A model generated the notes under the pieces. It was not told where the DNA came from, made no database searches, and saw nothing but the letters and a program-made list of their open reading frames with translations. DNA of 64,000 nucleotides from the NCBI GenBank assembly GCA_900547975.1, contig URIX01000004.1:2719-66718 (forward strand), in the 5' to 3' direction. A program made the translations under genes and the position numbers. This document shows, piece after piece, positions 44,999-51,947 of the stretch (the first letter of the stretch is position 1; each line of letters begins with the position of its first letter). This stretch comes from an uncultured Eubacteriales bacterium. Lineage in GTDB: Bacteria > Bacillota > Clostridia > Christensenellales > CAG-917.

Positions 44999-47053
44999 TT
45001 ACAGTTTCATTGCAACATCCCAAGCACCCCAAATTACAGTGCGAAGGTTGCCGACTTTTGCGCTGTCGCCGACGACGTGAACGTGTTTGCTCTCTTGCGC
45101 GACGGGCGCGGGTCTGTAACCGACGGACATAATGACGGAATCTGCGGGAATCTCGAATTCTTTGCCGTCTTTGGACGCAACTTTAACGCCGTTGTCGGTG
45201 ACCGCAACGAGTTTGGTTTCGAGATGCACGGGCACTTTGTGAAGTGCAAAGTATTCTCTCAAATAGGACGAGTTTGCAAGGCATACGCCCTTGACTGCGA
45301 TAAGGTCGTTCTTCATCTCGACGATAGTCGGGTGTTTGCCTTGAAGTTGCAATTCGTATGCGATTTCGCAACCTGTCAAGCCACCGCCAATGATGACGAC
45401 GTTGTCGCCTACTTCTTTGTTTCCGAGCAAGAAATCGCACGCTTCGACGGTCTTTTCGACGCCGGGGACGTTGAAACGTCTTGCCACTGCGCCCGTTGCC
45501 ACGACGACTTCGTCTGCGTCGAGTTTGTTTACGTCGTCAACTTTGACGCCGTACTTCACTTCAATGCCCAAATCTTTGATTTGCTTTTTGTACCACTCGA
45601 TAAGTTCTTTATCTTTCTCTTTGAAAGACGGTGCTGCCGCCGCTACGAAAATGCCGCCGAGATCGTTGGATTTCTCGTAAATGGTGACTTTATGACCACG
45701 CAACGTTGCGACTCTTGCAACTTCCATACCGCCGATACCACCGCCGACGACGGCGATCTTCTTGGATTTGGTTGCGGGAACGATCTTGTATTTCTTGGAT
45801 TGCATCGTGTGCGGATTGAGTGCGCAACGAGCCATTCCTGCGGTATCCGACAAATCCTGATCGTTTGCAACGCCGTTGTAGTGCGCCATATTGAAGCAAG
45901 CGTTATGGCAGCAAATGCAAGGCATAATGTCGTCTTCTCTGCCTTGAATGAGTTTGGTGACCCATTCGGGATCGGTGAGGAATTGACGGGCGACGCCCAT
46001 ACCGTCGATTTTGCCTTCCGCAATAGCCTTTGCGCCGACTTCGGGGGTCATACGACCTGCGCAAACGACAGGAATATCGACTGCTTTTTTGAGTTCTTCA
46101 CAATCTGCGAGGTTGCAGTTTTGCGGCATATATACCGGCGGATGCGCCCAGTACCACGCGTCGTACGTACCGTTGTCCGAGTTGAGCATATCGTAACCTG
46201 CGTCTTGAAGCATTTTGGCTGCGATTTTGCTTTCTTCCATATCGCGACCGACTTCGACGTAATCTTCACCTGGAAGCGCGCCTTGACGGAAGCCTTTGGT
46301 CTTGGATACGACGGAATATCTCAACGAAACGGGATAATCTTCGCCGCATACTCTCTTGATTTCCTTGACGATTTCGATGGGGAAACGGTATCTGTTTTCG
46401 ATTGAACCGCCGTACTCGTCGGTACGTTGGTTGGTGTATTTCATCGTGAATTGGTCGAGCAAATATCCTTCGTGGACCGCGTGGATTTCAACGCCGTCAA
46501 CACCTGCGTCTTTGCACATTTTTGCGGTTTTGCCGAACGCTTTGATAAACTCGTGAATCTCGTCGATAGTCATTGCTCTGGACGGCACTTTGTCACTCCA
46601 ACGGTTGGGATTGGGACTCGCGCTCATCGTGAGTTGATCGATATTGATAAACGGCTTTGCGATTGCACCCAAAACTTTGTTTGTGGCAATCATTTCCATA
46701 AGTCCGGTGATTGCAAAAGAACGTCCGAAACCTGCGGTGAGTTGCACAAACATCTTCGCGCCCGTCTTGTGGATTTCTTCCATAAAGGGTTTGAGGTGTT
46801 TGAAAGAACTCTTGCTTTTGTAAAGCCAGTTTCCGCCGATAACGTTTCTGATGGGTGCGATACCCGGCAAAATAAGACCGACGTTGTTCTTTGCCCTATC
46901 GAGCAAGAAGTTTGCGGCTTCTTCGTCGAAGTGATGCGGTTCCATCCAGCCGAAGATTGAAGTTCCGCCCATAGAAGTCAACACGATGCGGTTTTTTATC
47001 TCGCATTTGCCTATCTTCCAAGGGGTAAACAAACTTTGATATTTGGGATCCAT
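44999..47053 (-). CDS. Old-yellow-enzyme-type NADH:flavin oxidoreductase fused to an FAD/NAD(P) domain (2-enoate / 2,4-dienoyl-CoA reductase family)
   Basis: OYE TIM-barrel N-half, CICCHNAC iron-sulfur motif, then VVGGGIGGMEVA and IIGGGLTGCEIA Rossmann motifs. 684 aa. Confidence 0.85.
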   Translation of the reverse strand: MDPKYQSLFTPWKIGKCEIKNRIVLTSMGGTSIFGWMEPHHFDEEAANFLLDRAKNNVGLILPGIAPIRNVIGGNWLYKSKSSFKHLKPFMEEIHKTGAKMFVQLTAGFGRSFAITGLMEMIATNKVLGAIAKPFINIDQLTMSASPNPNRWSDKVPSRAMTIDEIHEFIKAFGKTAKMCKDAGVDGVEIHAVHEGYLLDQFTMKYTNQRTDEYGGSIENRYRFPIEIVKEIKRVCGEDYPVSLRYSVVSKTKGFRQGALPGEDYVEVGRDMEESKIAAKMLQDAGYDMLNSDNGTYDAWYWAHPPVYMPQNCNLADCEELKKAVDIPVVCAGRMTPEVGAKAIAEGKIDGMGVARQFLTDPEWVTKLIQGREDDIMPCICCHNACFNMAHYNGVANDQDLSDTAGMARCALNPHTMQSKKYKIVPATKSKKIAVVGGGIGGMEVARVATLRGHKVTIYEKSNDLGGIFVAAAAPSFKEKDKELIEWYKKQIKDLGIEVKYGVKVDDVNKLDADEVVVATGAVARRFNVPGVEKTVEACDFLLGNKEVGDNVVIIGGGLTGCEIAYELQLQGKHPTIVEMKNDLIAVKGVCLANSSYLREYFALHKVPVHLETKLVAVTDNGVKVASKDGKEFEIPADSVIMSVGYRPAPVAQESKHVHVVGDSAKVGNLRTVIWGAWDVAMKL

Positions 47054-47216
47054 AATTTTCTCCTTAAATATTTTAATACAAATGTATTTTATAATATATC
47101 GAAATAAAAAGCAATACCGAATTGATATTTTTTTATCAAAACGGACAAGAAATTTCGAAAAAGGCGTAGCGGCGCGGAAAAAGCGATGGATTTTGAGAAA
47201 ATATACATTTTTTTGC

Positions 47217-47245
47217 TTGCATACGACAAGAAATTATGCTATTAT
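47217..47245 (+). promoter_or_regulatory. Sigma-A promoter for tRNA-Glu
   Basis: TTGCAT, 17 nt (ending in TGC), TATTAT. Lies ~20 nt upstream of the tRNA 5' end. Confidence 0.55.
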
Positions 47246-47264
47246 CACAAAGCAATAACGATTT

Positions 47265-47340
47265 GCCCTCATGGTCAAGCGGTTCAAGACGTCGCCCTCT
47301 CACGGCGGAAACTAGGGTTCGATTCCCTATGGGGGTACCA
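47265..47340 (+). tRNA. tRNA-Glu (anticodon CTC), CCA encoded
   Basis: Hand-folded cloverleaf: acceptor GCCCTCA/TGGGGGT (G1-U72 and U5-G68 wobbles), D arm GTC-AAGCGGTTCAA-GAC, anticodon arm TCGCC-CTCTCAC-GGCGG, T arm TAGGG-TTCGATT-CCCTA. Closely resembles B. subtilis tRNA-Glu. Confidence 0.88.
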
Positions 47341-47343
47341 AAG

Positions 47344-47405
47344 AAAAGGCACATCTCAATGATGTGCTTTTTTCATTTCAAATAAATTTCGGGAATCGAA
47401 CGGGC
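47344..47405. repeat. Direct repeat R1 (~60 bp), left boundary of the nucleoside phosphorylase cassette
   Basis: CACATCT..GATGTG-TTTTTTCATTTCAAAT..ATTT..GGAATCGAACG is ~80% identical to 48368-48428. Confidence 0.8.
47349..47373 (+). terminator. Intrinsic terminator after tRNA-Glu (part of direct repeat R1)
   Basis: GCACATC/GATGTGC stem followed by TTTTTT. Confidence 0.7.
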
Positions 47406-47482
47406 GGGAAAACTGAAAATCCGATGAATTGTGCGCCATACTCTAATTTTGCACATTTCATAAATGCAAAAGAATTTTGGCG

Positions 47483-47511
47483 TTTACATCTCGTAGGATA
47501 AATGATATAAT
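47483..47511 (+). promoter_or_regulatory. Near-consensus sigma-A promoter inside the cassette
   Basis: TTTACA, 17 nt, TATAAT. Lies 70 nt upstream of the phosphorylase ATG. Confidence 0.6.
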
Positions 47512-47581
47512 GACCGAAACAATCGGATTATCCGAAAAACAGCACAAAACCTTGCATAACCTTGTACGGAAATAGGAAAAA

Positions 47582-48343
47582 ATGAGCATAATCGATTCAT
47601 TTGACAACAAATCGAAACCATTGATTGATATAAGTGCTTTTTACGGCGAAAAGAAGTTTTTTGCCGACGTTTGCATTGTGTCGTTTTCAAGGCACGTTTT
47701 GGCAATGTTTTTGGAAAAATACGAAAGCCACCCCATAGGTCACTCGGCAACGGCAAACGGACACATCGATATTTATCTGTTTGAAGTCAACGGGAAAAAA
47801 CTTTTGTTTTATATGAGTCCAATCGGCTCGTGCGTTGCCGCGTCCGTTATGTACGAAGCAAATTACGTTTCGGGCGCAACCAAGTTTATCGTATACGGTT
47901 CGTGCGGCGTTTTGGATAAGGAAAAATGTAGCGGAAAACTGATAGTCCCCTCTTATTCCTATCGCGACGAAGGGCTTTCTTATCACTATATGCCGCCGTC
48001 CGATTATATCGAAATAAAAAACTGCGACAAGATTGCAAAAATCTTTCAAAAATACAATTTGCCGTACGTTGTCGGAAGGTCGTGGACGACTGACGCCTTG
48101 TATATGGAAACGCAAGATAAAGCAAGACGAAGAAAAAGCGAAGGTTGCATTTCGGTTGAAATGGAATCATCGGGATTGCAAGCGATTTGCAATTATTACG
48201 GATTTGAATTGTATACGTTTTTCTTTTCGGGCGATTTGTTGAACGACGATTCTTGGGAACAAGCGAATCTCGGCAACGAAGCGGAACACGATATTCAAAA
48301 AGCAACGTTTGACGTCGCATTGAAAATTGCAATGGAAATCTGA
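47582..48343 (+). CDS. Nucleoside phosphorylase family protein (PNP/UDP-1 superfamily)
   Basis: GSCG...RDEGLSYHY...SVEMESSGL pattern, resembling uridine/purine nucleoside phosphorylases. Confidence 0.78.
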   Translation: MSIIDSFDNKSKPLIDISAFYGEKKFFADVCIVSFSRHVLAMFLEKYESHPIGHSATANGHIDIYLFEVNGKKLLFYMSPIGSCVAASVMYEANYVSGATKFIVYGSCGVLDKEKCSGKLIVPSYSYRDEGLSYHYMPPSDYIEIKNCDKIAKIFQKYNLPYVVGRSWTTDALYMETQDKARRRKSEGCISVEMESSGLQAICNYYGFELYTFFFSGDLLNDDSWEQANLGNEAEHDIQKATFDVALKIAMEI

Positions 48344-48367
48344 CTTTGAACGTAATATCAAAGTAAA

Positions 48368-48428
48368 TAAAAACACATCTTTTAGATGTGTTTTTTCATT
48401 TCAAATCGATTTAACGGAATCGAACGAA
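48368..48428. repeat. Direct repeat R2, right boundary of the cassette. Contains a hairpin that can terminate in both directions.
   Basis: See R1. Hairpin is ACACATCT/AGATGTGT with a T-run on the plus strand and an A-run upstream. Confidence 0.8.
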
Positions 48429-48474
48429 CGTTTTGACCCAAACGAAAACGCTGTTTTATTAGAATCCGAAGCGA

Positions 48475-48552
48475 TTAAAACCACAAGCCGCCGAAGAATC
48501 CCAACATACCGAACAATCCGAGTATCGCAAGCATAAGCGCCATAAAATGCAT
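48475..48552 (-). CDS. Candidate 25-aa hydrophobic peptide
   Basis: MHFMALMLAILGLFGMLGFFGGLWF. SD GAGAGGTGG lies ~6 nt before the ATG. The R2 hairpin lies ~50 nt downstream on the same strand. Below the track cutoff. Confidence 0.3.
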   Translation of the reverse strand: MHFMALMLAILGLFGMLGFFGGLWF

Positions 48553-48818
48553 AGTCCACCTCTCTTTTACAATATATGAAACGATTATTGCGTGTTAGCA
48601 CCGTTTCTTTCGACACCATAATATTCAAAGAAAATTTGCGATATTCGTTATCGGACATTAAAGCGTTATCGACATAAAGAAAAGCGGACTGCAAATCGCA
48701 TATCCGTTTTTCTTATAGAATAGGGGAAAATTATGACTGTTTTACGTTTTTAATTGATTGCGCGTTTGTGTGCACTTGTAGCCAAAATTGCACAATTTTG
48801 AATATCTAACGTGGTGTT

Positions 48819-50762
48819 TTACTTTTGTTTGATAAGCGTTTTATAGCCTTTGTTGACGCGCATTGCGTTGAGAATCGCAACGATTGCCACTCCGACGTCG
48901 CCGCAAACCGCAATCCACATCGTCGCACTGCCGAGAACGCCCGTCGCGCTCAACGCCATAATGAGAAGTTTTACGGCAAGAGAGCCGACGATGTTTTCGT
49001 ACACCACTCTCATCGTCTTTTTAGAAATACGTTTTGCAGTGGATATACCCGTCAAATCGTCTTGCATAAGCACTACGTCGCTCGCTTCGATTGCCGCGTC
49101 GCTGCCCACGCCGCCCATAGCAATGCCTATATCCGAACGCATAAGCACGGGTGCGTCGTTTATGCCGTCGCCGACAAAGCACAGCACGTCGCCTTTCTTC
49201 TTCTCTGCAAGCATTTGCTCGACGTTTTCCACTTTATTTTGCGGCAGCAAGGACGCTTTGTATGCCGAAAGTCCGATTTTTCCTGCCACGTCGGAAGCGA
49301 TAGCCTCGTTGTCACCCGTAAGCATAACCGTTTTGCAACCCATTTTGTTGAGTTCGCCGACGGCGGATACGGATTCGTCCTTGATTTCGTCGCTTATGAG
49401 AAGCGAACCGACAAATTCTTTGTTGTGAGCAACGTAAACGACAGTGCCTATTCCCTTGTGCGCAACATAAGGAATATCGTAGGATTTCATAAGTTTTTCG
49501 TTGCCGCAATAGATGCTGTCGTCGTCTTTTGTCGCAAGCACACCGAAGCCCGCTATGTTCGTAAGCGTATAACCGCCCTCTATTTCACCGTTATAACAAG
49601 CCACGATAGAGCGTGCAATCGGGTGATTCGAGTCGTTTTCCGCAATGGCGGCAAGACGAAGAATTTCGTCTTTTCTGTCGGCAGGCGCAACGGTTACGGC
49701 AAAGTTGCCTTTGGTGAGCGTTCCCGTCTTGTCGAACACGAATACGTTTGCCTTGCTCATAAGTTCGAGATAGTTGCTACCCTTGATAAGAATACCGAAT
49801 CTCGAAGCCGCGCCAATACCCGCAAAGAAGGAAAGAGGCACGGAAACGACGAGCGCGCAAGGACAGGAAACAACCAAAAAACTCAAACCTCTGTATATCC
49901 AAGTGTACCAGTCTCTTGTGACCGCACCGCCTATAACCATAAGTAAAACGGCAGCCACGACCACGCTCGGCGTGTAGTATTTTGCGAATCTCGATATAAA
50001 GTTTTCCGCTTTGGATTTCTTGCTCGAAGCGTTCTCAACGAGGTCAAGTATTTTAGAAACCGTTGAATCATAGAATACTTTTGTCACTTCAACTTCGATT
50101 TGCGACGTCAAATTGACGCAACCGCTGATAATCTCTTCACCTTCCGAAAGTTCTCTGGGAAGGGACTCGCCCGTCAGCGCTTTGGTGTCGAGAGTGGTTG
50201 AACCGCTTGTCACGATACCGTCGAGAGGCACTTTTTCACCGGGGTAAACCACGATGACGTCGCCAACCTTGACTTCGCTCGGGTCGACTTGCTCGACAAT
50301 GCCGTCTTCCCTCTTTACGTTGGCGTAATCGGGTCTGATGTCCATAAGTGCGGAAATAGATTTTCTCGATTTGCCCGTCGCGTAACTCTGGAAGAACTCG
50401 CCGACCTGATAGAACAAAAGCACGGCGCAACCTTCGTCGAAGCCCTCTTGTTCTCTGCCCGTCACGCTCGTGTAAATGCCGAGCGCAAACGCGCCGAGAG
50501 AAGCAACGCACATAAGCAAGTTTTCGTCAAGCACTTGACCGTGTACGATTCCTCTCGCCGCCTTGAACAGCACGTCGTAGCCGATGACCATATACACGGC
50601 AAAATAGAGGAAGAACGGCAAAAGCCAACCGTACTGTCCGCCGACCGCCTTTGCAAGTCCGAGCGTTTTGTCAACGATGAGTATAACGAAGAATAAGCAC
50701 AGCGCAACGCTTATGCGAATGAGGTTCTTCTTTTCTTTTCTAGATAGTTTGATTTTTTTCAT
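48819..50762 (-). CDS. cadA: Heavy-metal (Cd/Zn/Co-type) P1B-type ATPase lacking its own N-terminal metal-binding domain
   Basis: CPCALVVSVP (CPC), DKTGTLT, TGDN and VGDGINDAP motifs. Starts directly with the membrane domain. No SD upstream of the ATG. Confidence 0.9.
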   Translation of the reverse strand: MKKIKLSRKEKKNLIRISVALCLFFVILIVDKTLGLAKAVGGQYGWLLPFFLYFAVYMVIGYDVLFKAARGIVHGQVLDENLLMCVASLGAFALGIYTSVTGREQEGFDEGCAVLLFYQVGEFFQSYATGKSRKSISALMDIRPDYANVKREDGIVEQVDPSEVKVGDVIVVYPGEKVPLDGIVTSGSTTLDTKALTGESLPRELSEGEEIISGCVNLTSQIEVEVTKVFYDSTVSKILDLVENASSKKSKAENFISRFAKYYTPSVVVAAVLLMVIGGAVTRDWYTWIYRGLSFLVVSCPCALVVSVPLSFFAGIGAASRFGILIKGSNYLELMSKANVFVFDKTGTLTKGNFAVTVAPADRKDEILRLAAIAENDSNHPIARSIVACYNGEIEGGYTLTNIAGFGVLATKDDDSIYCGNEKLMKSYDIPYVAHKGIGTVVYVAHNKEFVGSLLISDEIKDESVSAVGELNKMGCKTVMLTGDNEAIASDVAGKIGLSAYKASLLPQNKVENVEQMLAEKKKGDVLCFVGDGINDAPVLMRSDIGIAMGGVGSDAAIEASDVVLMQDDLTGISTAKRISKKTMRVVYENIVGSLAVKLLIMALSATGVLGSATMWIAVCGDVGVAIVAILNAMRVNKGYKTLIKQK

Positions 50763-50845
50763 AATATGTTTTGTCTATAATTAAGATTGAGATTAAGATT
50801 TGTTCGCTCACCCATAAAATGAAATATTTGGATGAAGAACTTGGT

Positions 50846-50970
50846 CACAATCGTTCTTTGAGATGAAGAACAAGGAAGACGCTTCTGCACGGCAATTCCA
50901 ATTTACTTGGCGTAAATGAGTTGTCGTGCAGTGGCGTCTGACGCAGTTATTCGCTCAAAGAACGATTGTG
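50846..50970. repeat. Long-hairpin repeat, copy D (type 2)
   Basis: Outer stem CACAATCGTTCTTTGAG/CTCAAAGAACGATTGTG is perfect over 17 bp. Its 3' arm is the last 13 coding nt plus the stop of the HMA gene. Core ATGAAGAACAAGGAAGACGC...GCGTCTGACGCAGTTATTCG. Confidence 0.9.
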
Positions 50971-51173
50971 CAGTCGGGTTCGATTTTACGGCAGGTCTTC
51001 ACAACCCTCTTCATAATATCGTCAAAGTTTGCGTCATCGGCTTCGATTGTGAGACGTTGAGCCATAAAACTGACGGACGCGTTTTGTACGCCGTCAAGTT
51101 TTTGAATGGCACATTCCATTTTTGCGGCGCAATTTGCACAATCGAGATCTTCGAGTTTGTAAACTTTTTTCAT
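50955..51173 (-). CDS. Stand-alone heavy-metal-associated (HMA) domain protein
   Basis: YKLEDLDCANCAAKMECAIQKLDGV is the CxxC ferredoxin-like HMA fold usually found fused at the N-terminus of CadA-type ATPases. Confidence 0.85.
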   Translation of the reverse strand: MKKVYKLEDLDCANCAAKMECAIQKLDGVQNASVSFMAQRLTIEADDANFDDIMKRVVKTCRKIEPDCTIVL

Positions 51174-51253
51174 TTTCGTTTCTCCTTAACCATTTATATA
51201 CTTCCCTTTCGAGACAAATCCTATATCGGTTTGTTTGTTGAACAGTTGGATTG

Positions 51254-51269
51254 TTGAACAACTGTTCAA
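51254..51269. promoter_or_regulatory. Candidate ArsR/CadC operator upstream of the HMA gene
   Basis: TTGAACA-AC-TGTTCAA with 7-bp perfect arms. An extra half-site TTGAACA lies at 51238. Confidence 0.45.
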
Positions 51270-51324
51270 ATATTGCTTCTAAAAAATCAGGGGTTTGCAC
51301 CCTGCGTTTTTAGACGGCGAGGAA

Positions 51325-51654
51325 TTATTTTTCCTCGTTGACGTGAGTCAGACCGCACTGCATTATGAGCGTAACGTGGTCGTCGTCGAGAGAATATCTG
51401 ACTTCCTTACCTTCTTTTGTGCCTTTGACGAGTTTGATTGCGCGAAGCACGCGAAGTTGGTGAGATACGGCGGAAGTGGTCATACCGAGTTTGTCGGCGA
51501 TGTCCCCTACGTTCATATCGCTTGCTTGCAAGCAACTCAAAATTTTAACGCGGGTCGGGTCGCCAAGAGCCTTGAACAATTCTGCAAGCGCAGATACCAC
51601 GTCGTCGGCAGGAAGCGTTGAATTTTGGGTGTTGTCTTTGATTTCTACTGTCAT
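51325..51654 (-). CDS. ArsR/SmtB-family metalloregulator (CadC-like)
   Basis: LFKALGDPTRVKILSCL...VGDIADKLGMTTSAVSHQLRVLR winged HTH. Start at ATG 51654 with SD GGAGAGAAAG. Confidence 0.85.
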   Translation of the reverse strand: MTVEIKDNTQNSTLPADDVVSALAELFKALGDPTRVKILSCLQASDMNVGDIADKLGMTTSAVSHQLRVLRAIKLVKGTKEGKEVRYSLDDDHVTLIMQCGLTHVNEEK

Positions 51655-51669
51655 CTTTCTCTCCAACAC

Positions 51670-51692
51670 TTGAACTGTTATTCAAATGTTCA
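51670..51692. promoter_or_regulatory. Candidate ArsR/CadC operator upstream of the regulator gene
   Basis: TTGAACTGTTATTCAA plus TGTTCA, the same half-sites as at 51254. Lies immediately upstream of the regulator's RBS. Confidence 0.45.
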
Positions 51693-51870
51693 TTTATATA
51701 TTATTCCCGATTAAGTCGTTTGTCAACGAATATTTGCAAAAATATTAATTATTTTTCGGATACTTTTTCCGCTTTTCGGCACTGCGGCAGATTTTCGGCG
51801 CGCAATATCAATCAAAGTGTAAACTATCGAACAAAATCCGATTTCACAGAAAAACTTTTCAGATTCGATA

Positions 51871-51899
51871 TTGATTTTAATTTATATTTAATGTACAAT
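51871..51899 (+). promoter_or_regulatory. Sigma-A promoter for the giant metallophosphoesterase gene
   Basis: TTGATT, 17 nt, TACAAT. Lies 49 nt upstream of the ATG; SD AAGGAGG. Confidence 0.55.
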
Positions 51900-51947
51900 C
51901 GTATAGAAAGAATTATTTGCGCGCGTATGCGTGCATAAGGAGGAAAT

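Noticed and set aside
47385-47470. GGAATCGAAC, the reverse complement of a tRNA T-loop, in R1 and R2 suggested a minus-strand tRNA or tRNA fragment.
   Set aside because: No acceptor, D or anticodon arms can be folded around it, and the T-stem itself does not pair. It is at most an ancient fragment.
48401-48694. 97-aa minus-strand ORF.
   Set aside because: It has a TTG start without an SD and matches no family. It overlaps in another frame the 25-codon ORF, which does have a strong SD. It is left uncalled, although it cannot be fully excluded.
50805-50957. The 8-bp direct repeat TTCGCTCA at 50805 and 50950 as a target-site duplication for copy D.
   Set aside because: TTCGC is part of the conserved right end of type 2 copies (GTTATTCGC). 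The upstream occurrence is therefore more simply debris of another copy than a duplicated target.
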